Positions 50,364-59,475 of a stretch of DNA of 64,000 bases are shown in pieces. Source of the stretch: Candidatus Eiseniibacteriota bacterium (GTDB lineage Bacteria > Eisenbacteria > RBG-16-71-46 > CAZAMP01). Made by a program: the position numbers and the translations under genes. Each line of letters begins with the position of its first letter. Position 1 is the first letter of the stretch. Location of the stretch: positions 160,001-224,000 of the forward strand of contig OZ245046.1 in NCBI GenBank assembly GCA_965224245.1, written 5' to 3'. Below the pieces are notes generated by a model, which did no database searches, was not told where the DNA came from, and saw only the letters and a list, made by a program, of their open reading frames with translations.

Positions 50364-50755
50364 GATACTGATCCTTTCACTCACCACCGACTGTACAGGA
50401 ACACGCGACGATGAGCACCGGGTTGCGCGAATCTCGGGAACTGCGTCGCCTCGAGACGCAGACTATGACCGAAGCGAGCCCGAGTCATCACGGGAGCATC
50501 ACCTTTGTCTTCGCCGAGTATCACTCTCGAGTGGGGCATGGTCCGCGGTGTCTCTGGCATGGTCCGACGGGACGAGATACAGGTCGGGCATGACGTTCGC
50601 CGCAGGGCTCGGAGCTGGCCGGCGTGCGACCCTCCGCGGAGTCGGCTCACGTGTCGGATCGGCCACGCGTCGACGGCCGAGGAGGTGGCGCGATGTGGAG
50701 CCGTGGCCTCCGGAATGGGGTAGAGTGGGCGACGGGCGTTGCGAAGGAGGGACCG

Positions 50756-51736
50756 ATGGCGAGATCGCCCAGGTTGACCCGCAGAGTTCCGGACGTCGAT
50801 CGCGACGACCGATCCACGGCCCGCACGGCCTCCCGCTGGGTCGCGATCGTCGCTCTCGGATCCAGCGTGGCCTGCAACCCGGCCCCGCCTGCCTTCGATG
50901 TCGAGGTCTGCGTCAACCCGGATGGCACCGCAACCCCGACCTGGTCCGAGGGGATCGCGGTCGCCATCGGCACCGAGCGCGCGAAGGAGCTGGAAGCGGA
51001 GCGGCAGCCCCTGACACCCGAGGAGCTCGCGTGGCTCCAGGTGGTGAGGGAGTCGCTGCCGGGGCTCGCGGCTCGCGCGCGCGAGATGGCGACGTGGTTC
51101 GACCTCGAGCCGTTCGACGCCACCGTTGCCGTGGGCAACCGCGGGTCATCCGACGCATTCGGCTGGGTCCCCGATCACATCGGCATCAACCTCACGGCGG
51201 TGCGCGGGACGTACGGCCCGGTGGATGACGGCTCCGTCGATCGGATCACGCGCATCCTCGCGCACGAGTACATCCACCTCCTGACCTATGCCTTCTACCC
51301 CGATCACCGGGATCGACGGGACACCCCCTTGAACCGGATGCTGTGGACGATGTTCTTCGAGGGGATCGGGGATTACATCTCCGTCTCACCGAGGTGGTAC
51401 GCCGACGAGGGTGGAGCGTACTCGCCGGTGACCGCCCGGACGCTTCGACGCCTGGAGCCGTTCTTCGTCGAGCGGCTCGAGGCCGCCGTCGACGCGAGTC
51501 CGGCGGAGGAGCCGGAGATTCGGCGCGGCATCTCCATGGGCAGGTTCGACGAGAAGTGGGGATCGCTTCCGGTGGCGCTCTGGCTTCACAGCGAGGCCAG
51601 GATCCGTGGAGAGCGCGACGCCCTGGAGGAGATGATCCGCGCGGAACGCGAGGGCGTACTGCCCCTGGCGTTGCGCCACGTCTCCGAGGAGCTGAGGCCG
51701 AGGCTCGACGCTGTGGCCGCCTCGACCGCTCGCTGA
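50756..51736 (+). CDS. Putative Zn-dependent protease, possible lipoprotein
   Basis: AAGGAGG RBS; lipobox-like SVAC; HEYIH followed by FFEGIG (gluzincin-like third ligand). Confidence 0.7.
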   Translation: MARSPRLTRRVPDVDRDDRSTARTASRWVAIVALGSSVACNPAPPAFDVEVCVNPDGTATPTWSEGIAVAIGTERAKELEAERQPLTPEELAWLQVVRESLPGLAARAREMATWFDLEPFDATVAVGNRGSSDAFGWVPDHIGINLTAVRGTYGPVDDGSVDRITRILAHEYIHLLTYAFYPDHRDRRDTPLNRMLWTMFFEGIGDYISVSPRWYADEGGAYSPVTARTLRRLEPFFVERLEAAVDASPAEEPEIRRGISMGRFDEKWGSLPVALWLHSEARIRGERDALEEMIRAEREGVLPLALRHVSEELRPRLDAVAASTAR

Positions 51737-51817
51737 GGCCCCCGGCATTCGCCACTTTGACGCTCGCCGGGAGCTGTGCCAGACTACCCCGTTCCGGATC
51801 AAACCCGAGGTTGAGCC

Positions 51818-53617
51818 GTGTACGAGAGCGAGGTCGACGGCCACACGGTCGACGCGTCCGAGATCCCGAGCGAGGTGCGGGACCGGTTTCGGGATGCCGT
51901 CGACGCCGTCGCCACCCGTACCATCCTGCCGTGGGGCGAGCACTGCACGGAATGTGCGATGCCGTCGTGCTTCGAGACGTGCGCGCTCTACGCGGCACGA
52001 CCCGACGGCAAGTGCCGCCGCTTCACGAACGGTGTGGAGCGCGTCGTCGGCACGGGAGGGATCGGGCCGTACGTCCTGAAGATCTCGTTCCGACGCTGGG
52101 GACAGCTCCACGCGATCGGCAACACGCACCTCTTTCCGGCCCCCGAGGCGGCGCGGATCGAGCGCCGCGACGTCCGGACGGCGGGGATCCTCCACGCGCT
52201 GCCCCTGCCCGCCACCCTCAGGCGACGCGTGACCCGATGGCGGAGCCGGAGCAAGAGCGACGCGGCTCGCGAGCTCGCCCGCGGTCCGGGTAGCCCCGAC
52301 TCCTTCCTCCTCGAGGTGTACAACCCGAACGAACAGACGATACACCTCACGTTCACGGTGCGCCCCAAGACGGACAGCCCGGTCCCCTTTCAGGAGCGGC
52401 TCGCCCTGGAGCCCGGCTTCACCCGCCACCGCATCGCGGTGGCCCGGATCTCGGCGCGCGTGGACCTGTCGCGGAGCTTCGTGATCGACCTCCTGCCCAA
52501 CGAGGTACCGGAAGGGACGACGCTCTACTTCGGGGCGATGGACTTCGTCACCGAGCCCTCGCGGACGACGTCGACGGGCAAGCCCTGCAAGTGCGTGGTG
52601 TGGGACCTGGACAACACCGTCTGGGAGGGGATCCTGGTCGAGGACGGCATCGACGGGCTCGTGCTGCGACCCGGGATCGAGGACGTGTTCCGTCGTCTCG
52701 ACGAGCGGGGGATCCTGCACTCGGTCGTCAGCAAGAACGATCCCGAGCCCGCGATGGCGGCGCTGGAGCGATTCGGGCTCGCCGAGTACGTGCTCGTCCC
52801 CCAGATCTCGTGGGATCCGAAGGGCGCGATGGTGGCCCGGGTCGCCGACGCGTTGAACATCGGACGCGACACGCTGCTCTTCATCGACGATTCCCCGTTC
52901 GAGCGAGCGGAGGTCGCGTCGGTGTGTCCCGAGGTGCGTATTCTCGACGCGACCGAGTACGCCACGCTGCCCGATCGACCGGAGTGCCGGGTCCCGGTCA
53001 CTGAGGACTCGCGCCGACGGCGCCAGCTCTACCGCGAGCAGGCGGTGCGCGCGGAAGCCGCCGTCGGATTTGGCGACGACTACTTCGAGTTCCTGCGCGA
53101 GTGCAACCTGGAGCTCACGCTCTCGCCGCTGGGGCCCGAGAACATCGCACGCGTTCACGAGCTCACGCAGCGCACGAACCAGATGAACTTCTCCGGGCGT
53201 CGCTATACCGTCGACGAGCTGCGCGAACTCGGTGAGAGCCCCGACCACGATACCTACGTCATGCGGTGTCGAGACCGCTTCGGCGACTACGGCACGGTGG
53301 GCTTCGCCTGCATCGACGTCCGCGAACCGCGTCTTCTCGATCTCACGTTCAGCTGTCGCGTGCAGAGCAAGCGTGTCGAGCACGCGTTCCTCACCGAGGT
53401 GCTGCGCCGATACCTTCCGGATGCGAACCCGGGGCTGCTCGTCTCGTACAAGCGAACCGACCGCAATGCTCCGTCGGGGCGCGTGTTCGACGACTTCGGG
53501 ATGGAGCGCATCCGGTTCGATGCCGACGGGACGGAGACGCTCCTGTTCGAGCGTTCGCGTGAGATACCGGACGACGCGTTCGTCCGGATCTCGGAGACGA
53601 ACGTGATCAGGACATGA
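51818..53617 (+). CDS. FkbH-like HAD-IIIC phosphatase/acyltransferase with Cys-rich N-terminal domain
   Basis: KCVVWDLDNTVW.G, SKND, FIDDSPFER, ELTQRTNQMN, DRFGDYG.VG, FSCRV. Confidence 0.9.
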   Translation: MYESEVDGHTVDASEIPSEVRDRFRDAVDAVATRTILPWGEHCTECAMPSCFETCALYAARPDGKCRRFTNGVERVVGTGGIGPYVLKISFRRWGQLHAIGNTHLFPAPEAARIERRDVRTAGILHALPLPATLRRRVTRWRSRSKSDAARELARGPGSPDSFLLEVYNPNEQTIHLTFTVRPKTDSPVPFQERLALEPGFTRHRIAVARISARVDLSRSFVIDLLPNEVPEGTTLYFGAMDFVTEPSRTTSTGKPCKCVVWDLDNTVWEGILVEDGIDGLVLRPGIEDVFRRLDERGILHSVVSKNDPEPAMAALERFGLAEYVLVPQISWDPKGAMVARVADALNIGRDTLLFIDDSPFERAEVASVCPEVRILDATEYATLPDRPECRVPVTEDSRRRRQLYREQAVRAEAAVGFGDDYFEFLRECNLELTLSPLGPENIARVHELTQRTNQMNFSGRRYTVDELRELGESPDHDTYVMRCRDRFGDYGTVGFACIDVREPRLLDLTFSCRVQSKRVEHAFLTEVLRRYLPDANPGLLVSYKRTDRNAPSGRVFDDFGMERIRFDADGTETLLFERSREIPDDAFVRISETNVIRT

Positions 53618-54372
53618 TCCGCCGGGTCGTTGCGGGTTCGCGCACGCGCATGCGGGGTGCCGTCCACCGACGGCTTGCGCGGCGACCAGCCGACGTCGAT
53701 CTCGACACGCCGGTCGTCTCGTTCACGTTCGATGACGCGCCCCTGTCCGCATACACCGTGGGGGCTCGGGCGCTCGATCGTCACGGCTGGCGCGGCACGT
53801 TCTACGTCGCGGGAAGCCTGCTCGGGAAGGAGTACGGCGACGAGATCGCGCTCGACGTGGAGGACGTCGCTGCCCTTCACGCCTCGGGCCACGAGGTCGG
53901 CTGTCACACGTTTTCTCACACGCCTCCCGCGGGCCTCGCTCGCGCCGAGGTGGCGAGCGATCTGGCTCGCAACGCGGTGCGGCTCGGCGAGCTGGTGCCG
54001 GGCCTGACTCTGGCGAGCTTCGCCTATCCGTTCGGCGAGGTCACCGTGGCCCTGAAACGGGAGGTCCGTGCGCGATTCTTCAGCGCCCGCGGCATCCGAT
54101 CGGGAGTCAACGCGGGTACGGTCGATCTGATGCTGCTTCGGGCCAACCGCCTCTACGGCGCCGATCCGGACCTCGAGCTCGTCGACCGGCTTCTCGACGA
54201 CGCCCACCGCCAGAGAGGCTGGATCATCTTCTACACGCACGACGTCGCCGAGCGACCCGGCCGATACGGCTGCACGGCCCGTCATCTCGAAGCCGTGATC
54301 GAGCGCGTACGCACGTCCGGCGCCACCGTCCTTCCGGTCCGGGACGCCGTGACGTCCGCGACGACGACGTAG
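53614..54372 (+). CDS. Polysaccharide deacetylase (CE4/NodB family)
   Basis: SFTFDD, GHEVGCHTFSH, FAYPFG, FYTHDV; ATGA overlap with the FkbH-like gene. Confidence 0.88.
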   Translation: MIRRVVAGSRTRMRGAVHRRLARRPADVDLDTPVVSFTFDDAPLSAYTVGARALDRHGWRGTFYVAGSLLGKEYGDEIALDVEDVAALHASGHEVGCHTFSHTPPAGLARAEVASDLARNAVRLGELVPGLTLASFAYPFGEVTVALKREVRARFFSARGIRSGVNAGTVDLMLLRANRLYGADPDLELVDRLLDDAHRQRGWIIFYTHDVAERPGRYGCTARHLEAVIERVRTSGATVLPVRDAVTSATTT

Positions 54373-54392
54373 TCACCGCGCGACGACGCCCG

Positions 54393-55865
54393 TCATCCGC
54401 GCCATCGATCTCGAATGGAGTCGAGACCGCGGCGCTCCTCGGGTCTCAGAAAGGCGGGTGAAAGGGCCAGCGCGGCGGCCCCCACGAGAAGGACCACGCG
54501 CCCGGGTAGGTGCACGGCGGCGGGTAGGTGCAGCGAGAGCCAGTCGCCCGCGAGCACCACCAGCCCCGACACGACGAGGATGAGTCCCACGCGTCGCCAC
54601 TCGTACGGAATCGGATGCAGCCGGTGCCCGAACGCGGCCACGAGCCCGGCGAGGACGAGGTGGGCGGCCACGGTGCTGAGGGCGGCGGCTTGCATGCCGT
54701 GCGTCGGGATGAAGAGCACGTTGAGCGTCAGGTTCACGGCCAGCCCCGCGAGAGCGGCCACGGTGATGCGGCTCGTCCGCCCGGCCAGGCTCACGCCCGA
54801 GTTCAGCACATAGGTGGAGAGCTGAATCACGCCCGCCAGCGCCACCCACGGCATGATGGTCTCGGCGGCGGCGTAGCTGTCGGTGGCGAGGACGCCGAGC
54901 AGCTCGCGACGAAACAGGGCGATCCCGCACCCGACGAAGGCCCCGGTGGCCACCGCGGCGACGAGAACCCGGGCGATGACGCGATCGGCGCCGACCCGTT
55001 GAGACAGCGGCCACATGACCGTGGGCCAAGCCAGGAGGAAGGGCTGGGTGATGAACACGTTCAGGAGCCGGCTGATGCGATAGCCCGCCCCGTAGACACC
55101 CACCTCGTCCAGCCCCCGGAAGTGGCGCAGGAGCCAGATGTCCGACCACTCGATGAGGAACCCGGCCACCGCGGAGAAGGCGATCGGCGTGCCGAAGGTC
55201 ACGAGGTCGCGGATCACCCGGTTCGAGACATGCCGGACGCGCGACACCAGGAACCACACCGCCACCGCGTAGACGAGCCCGTTGGCCAGCGCCTGGGCCG
55301 CGAGCACGCCCTCCACTCCGCGTCCCAGTCCAGCCACGAAGTAGATCGCCAGCGAGAGCACCAGGACGAAGCGCGTGAGCGAGATGCCGACGAAGAGACC
55401 GGCCTTGCTCTCGGTCCGGGCCCACGAGAGCACCGTGAGCATGCCGATCTCGAACCACATCGAGGCCAGCACCAGGCTGATCAGGGGCGCCAGGGAGGGG
55501 TCTCCGACGAGGATCCCCGCCAGTGGACGCCGGCACAGGTATCCGATCGCGAAGAACGCCGTCGCCGAGATCGAGAGCACGGCGAACGAGGATCCGATCA
55601 CGGCGTTCCGCCGCTCCGGCGCCACCCGGTTGTAGGTGCGGACGAACGCGCTGTTGAAGCCGAGGCCGCCGATCGTGGTCAGGAGGCCGGCCAGTGCCTG
55701 GAGAGCGAAGATGCTACCCAGCTCGTCGGTGCTGAGGACGCGGGTGTAGAGCGGGATGAGAACGAACCCCGCAAGCCGTCCCGCGAGGGCGCCGGTGGCG
55801 TAGACCGCCGATCGACGGACGACCGCGGACAGGTTCTCCAGCGTGCTGGCCGGGGAGTCCGTCAC
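54393..55865 (-). CDS. Polysaccharide flippase (Wzx/MOP family)
   Basis: 12-14 TM helices; FVLIPLYTR.LS..E.G, VGVYGAGYRI, LN.LFIP.HG..AA. Confidence 0.85.
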   Translation of the reverse strand: MTDSPASTLENLSAVVRRSAVYATGALAGRLAGFVLIPLYTRVLSTDELGSIFALQALAGLLTTIGGLGFNSAFVRTYNRVAPERRNAVIGSSFAVLSISATAFFAIGYLCRRPLAGILVGDPSLAPLISLVLASMWFEIGMLTVLSWARTESKAGLFVGISLTRFVLVLSLAIYFVAGLGRGVEGVLAAQALANGLVYAVAVWFLVSRVRHVSNRVIRDLVTFGTPIAFSAVAGFLIEWSDIWLLRHFRGLDEVGVYGAGYRISRLLNVFITQPFLLAWPTVMWPLSQRVGADRVIARVLVAAVATGAFVGCGIALFRRELLGVLATDSYAAAETIMPWVALAGVIQLSTYVLNSGVSLAGRTSRITVAALAGLAVNLTLNVLFIPTHGMQAAALSTVAAHLVLAGLVAAFGHRLHPIPYEWRRVGLILVVSGLVVLAGDWLSLHLPAAVHLPGRVVLLVGAAALALSPAFLRPEERRGLDSIRDRWRG

Positions 55866-56036
55866 GGCGTCGTCACCATGGCGTCGAGGGTTCCGGCCTC
55901 GTCGGCCCGCGTCTCGGAAAGGCCGGCGCCTCCGGCCGACGTTTCATCCAGCGATTGCCGACGCACGACGCTCTCCTTCATGGCGGTTGGATCGAGCTGG
56001 CAAGGCGCGCATGATACAGCACGCCGTGGCGGCACC

Positions 56037-58685
56037 TCAGCGATCGAGCGCGTCGTTCGCGGGCTCTCGATCGAGCGCGTCGAGCTGCGCCCGGGCCTCG
56101 ACCACGGAATCCGCATCGGGGCCATGCGCCGCCTCGAGCAAGGCGACCGCCCGCCCGTACAGCGATCGGGCCGACTCCAGGTCGCCGGCGAGCACGTGGT
56201 TCTCGGCGAGCTGCCTCAAGCCGGAGGCCAGCCTCGGCGAATCCGGACCGAAAGCCGCCTCCTGGACCTCCAGAACGTGTTCGCGAAGAGGCCGCGCGAG
56301 CGAGACCTCTCCCTGTTTCTCGAGGAGCCACGCCTTGTTCGATTCGAGGATGGCATAGTCGACGTGTTCCCGACCCACGGCATGGTCGGCGATGTCCAAC
56401 GCCTCCTCGAAGAGCGGCGCGGCTTCATCGAGCCGATCGGAGGCGACGTACACCGTCGCGAGGTTGTCGAGCGTCCACGCCAGGAGCTGGTGATCCGAAG
56501 GCAGAGTCTTGCGCCGGATGTCGAGCGCCTTGCGCAGGTGTTCCTCCGCGCTCGCGTACCGCTCCATCCGCTTGTAGAGGAGCCCGAGGTTGTTGTGGGT
56601 GTAGGCGAGGTCGGGATGCTCGGGGCCCAGGGTCTCGACCTTGATCGCGAGCGATTCGAGGTAGGTCGTCTCGGCTTCCTCGTCCCGACCCTGGCGGCGG
56701 TACACCTCGGCGAGGTTGTTCTTGCTGCTGCCGATGGAGGGGTGATCGTCACCCAGCGTACGCGTGCGGATGTCGATCGCCCTCCGGAGCAACGTCTCCG
56801 CCTCGGCGTACTGCAGACGTGCCATCTTGACGTTGCCGAGGTTGTTGCATGCCTGGGCGACGCGTTCGTCGTCCGGACCGAACGCTTGCTCGAACTCCAT
56901 GAGTGCGAGCGTCAGGGCCGAGTCCGCGGCCGCCTGCCGCCTCTGGTGCCAGTACAGCGTCCCGAGCGCGTCGAGACCTTCCGCGACCTGGAGGTGCCTG
57001 CCCGGCGAACGTTCGGCCCGCTCCAGAGCGCGATTCAGCGTCGATTCCGCCTCGGCGAAGTGACCCTGCTGAATCTGGACCCACCCCACCTTCACCATGA
57101 TGGAGGGGACCTCGACGTGCTCCTCGCCGTGAACGTCGATGTGTGTCGCCAGCGCGCTCGTCAAAAGGCGCTCGGCCGGCTCGAGAAGGCCGAGCTCGAG
57201 GTACGTGATGCCCATGGTCTCCTGTAGCTCGGCGCGGATCTCCGGCTCGCTCGCGAGCTCGCGGTCGATCCGCTCGCTTCCGGCGTCGAGGAGCTCACGC
57301 GCGGTTAGCTCCTCTCCCCGGGCGACCGCGGGGTGCGACGCCTCGAAGAGCTCCTTCAGGAAGTCCGATACCCGCTCGGAGGTCTCCGCGCGCCGCGTCG
57401 CGTCCTGCTCGGCGATCAGCGCGCGGGAGAGGTTCGCGTCGGCCCGTCCGTAGAGAACGCTCATCCACACCGCGAATCCGATCAGCGCCACGAGAAGCGT
57501 CGTGGCCAGTGCCGCCTCCGCCCGATGACGTCGGACGAGCTGTCGGAGCTGGTACATCGTGCTCTGAGGGCGGGCCAGAATCGGCAACGCGGCGAGGTAG
57601 CGTCCGACGTCGTCGGCGAGCGCGAGCGCGCTCTGGTACCGCTGGTCTGCCTCCTTGGCCAGGGCCTTGACGGTGATGACCTCGAGGTCCGCGTCGACGC
57701 GTCCGCGAAGCGGCGCCGGGGGGGTATCACACACCACCCGCATGGCTTCCATCAGCGACAGTGACTGGACGTCGTACGGGTGCTTCCCGGTGAGCAGGAG
57801 ATAGAGAACCACCCCGAGCGCGTAGACGTCGGTGCGCACGTCGACACCGTCCCGATCACCGCGTACCTGCTCGGGGCTCATGTACTGAAGCGTCCCTCGC
57901 ACGTGTCCCGGCTGCGTCACGAGCGATGCCTCGTCTCCCTCGTCGAGCACGCGAGCGAGGCCGAAGTCCATGACCTTGACTCCGGCGACCATCGGCTCGG
58001 ACGTGCCGGAGCCGGAAGCCGGTGGCGTCACGAAGATGTTCGCGGGCTTGAGGTCTCGGTGAACGATGGCATGCTGGTGCGCACAGTGAACGGCGAGACA
58101 GATGCGACGAAAGAGCCGGAGGTCGCTCTCCAGTCGCGCCCGCGAGGACTCACCCGGAGAGCGCTCACGGGCCAGGTGATCGTCGAGAGGCACGCCCCTC
58201 ACGAGCTCCATGGCAAAGTAGAGCTGACCGTCCGCGGCCCGCCCCGACTCGTGAATCGTCGCGATGTCGGGGTGATCCAGCCGTGCCAGGGCCTCGATCT
58301 CGCGGCGGAAGAGGCGCACGCGGATCTCGTCCTGCGAGCCGCCGCGAATCACCTTGAGCGCCACCCGGCGGCGGGGGTGCTCCTGCTCGGCCTCGTAGAC
58401 GACGCCCATCCCTCCCGCGCCGAGCCTCCGGATGATGCGGTACCTCCCGATTCGCTCGGGGAGGGGCCCGTCGATGTCGTCGTCGTGTCTCGGGCCGTCG
58501 TCGTGTGCCGGAGGCGCCACACGCAGCTCCGACGTCGCCGGGCTTCTCGAGAGCAGATCGACGATCTCTTCCCGGAGCGCCTCGTCGTCGCCGCACTCCC
58601 GCTCGAGCAGCTCTCGCCGCTGGGTATCGCCGAGAGGCAGGGCCCGAGCAAAGAGCTCACGGACCCGACGATGGCGCTCGTTCAC
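56037..58685 (-). CDS. ECF-associated Ser/Thr kinase with TM helix and TPR array
   Basis: N-terminal ELF..AL..R..LL...CGDD..LR.E...LL module, LGAGGMGVVY, HRDLKPAN, DFG, SPEQ; TM; LG..HP..A...NNL TPRs; GTGA overlap with the sigma. Confidence 0.92.
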   Translation of the reverse strand: MNERHRRVRELFARALPLGDTQRRELLERECGDDEALREEIVDLLSRSPATSELRVAPPAHDDGPRHDDDIDGPLPERIGRYRIIRRLGAGGMGVVYEAEQEHPRRRVALKVIRGGSQDEIRVRLFRREIEALARLDHPDIATIHESGRAADGQLYFAMELVRGVPLDDHLARERSPGESSRARLESDLRLFRRICLAVHCAHQHAIVHRDLKPANIFVTPPASGSGTSEPMVAGVKVMDFGLARVLDEGDEASLVTQPGHVRGTLQYMSPEQVRGDRDGVDVRTDVYALGVVLYLLLTGKHPYDVQSLSLMEAMRVVCDTPPAPLRGRVDADLEVITVKALAKEADQRYQSALALADDVGRYLAALPILARPQSTMYQLRQLVRRHRAEAALATTLLVALIGFAVWMSVLYGRADANLSRALIAEQDATRRAETSERVSDFLKELFEASHPAVARGEELTARELLDAGSERIDRELASEPEIRAELQETMGITYLELGLLEPAERLLTSALATHIDVHGEEHVEVPSIMVKVGWVQIQQGHFAEAESTLNRALERAERSPGRHLQVAEGLDALGTLYWHQRRQAAADSALTLALMEFEQAFGPDDERVAQACNNLGNVKMARLQYAEAETLLRRAIDIRTRTLGDDHPSIGSSKNNLAEVYRRQGRDEEAETTYLESLAIKVETLGPEHPDLAYTHNNLGLLYKRMERYASAEEHLRKALDIRRKTLPSDHQLLAWTLDNLATVYVASDRLDEAAPLFEEALDIADHAVGREHVDYAILESNKAWLLEKQGEVSLARPLREHVLEVQEAAFGPDSPRLASGLRQLAENHVLAGDLESARSLYGRAVALLEAAHGPDADSVVEARAQLDALDREPANDALDR

Positions 58686-59257
58686 CCGACGTCCCCGGGG
58701 TGTCCGAGCTCACGCGCGAGCCACGAGCGACAGAACTGCCAGCGGCGCTCCACGCTGCGGCGGGACGCGCCGAGCACGTCCGCCGTCTCTCCCACGGTGA
58801 GGCCCGCGAAGTACCGCAGCATCACGACCTGGTAGTCGTCGGCGTCCTCCTCTTCGAGCTTCGACAGCGCCTGATCGAGGGCCAGGAGATCCTCGGGGGA
58901 GGCCTCGTCGACGCGGACGACGTCATCGAGAGGCACCGACCGGAGACCGGCCCCCCGCTTCGCCGTGCCCTTTCGTCGCGCCTCGTCGATGAGGAGGTTC
59001 CGCATGGAGCGCGCTGCGGCGCAGAAGAAGTGATGGCGGCCGTTCCAGGAGACCTGCTGCTGTTCGACGAGGCGAAGATAGGCCTCGTGCACGACCGCCG
59101 TGGTGTCGAGCGTGTCCCCGACGGGCAGGCGCGCGCGCTGGGCGGCGGCCAGCCGCCGAAGCTCCGAGTAGACCGTGGAGAAGACCCTCTCCTCGGCCTG
59201 CGCATCGCCCCCCGCCGCGAGGTTGAGGAGCTGTGAGATGGGTATCGAATCCCCCAT
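58682..59257 (-). CDS. ECF sigma factor, TIGR02999/EcfK-like (kinase-associated)
   Basis: VYSELRRLA, TLDTTAVVHEAYLRL, R.HFF..AARSMR..LID.AR, LRYFAGLT..E.A..LG.S. Confidence 0.9.
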   Translation of the reverse strand: MGDSIPISQLLNLAAGGDAQAEERVFSTVYSELRRLAAAQRARLPVGDTLDTTAVVHEAYLRLVEQQQVSWNGRHHFFCAAARSMRNLLIDEARRKGTAKRGAGLRSVPLDDVVRVDEASPEDLLALDQALSKLEEEDADDYQVVMLRYFAGLTVGETADVLGASRRSVERRWQFCRSWLARELGHPGDVG

Positions 59258-59475
59258 GGTGCCGGGAGGATAACACGTGCCCCCGGAGGGCCATAGACGC
59301 GCCGCGAGCCACGATCCGGAGAATCTTCTCGAGAATCTTGGCGGGGTCTGGCCCGGATCTCGATTCCCCACTTGAGCAATGGCACGCCCGCCACCGCGAG
59401 GGTGCACCTCGCATCTCACGACAGGAGCAGTCCCGAGTGGGGGATACAGGCTCCAGGACCATCGGAGGCAGTCTC

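Noticed and set aside
54528-57227. Long antisense or alternate-frame ORFs (e.g. 899 aa here; also 25219-27564, 30988-33048, 33460-35472, 51386-53383)
   Set aside because: Shadow ORFs expected in high-GC DNA opposite or overlapping well-supported genes; no motifs.
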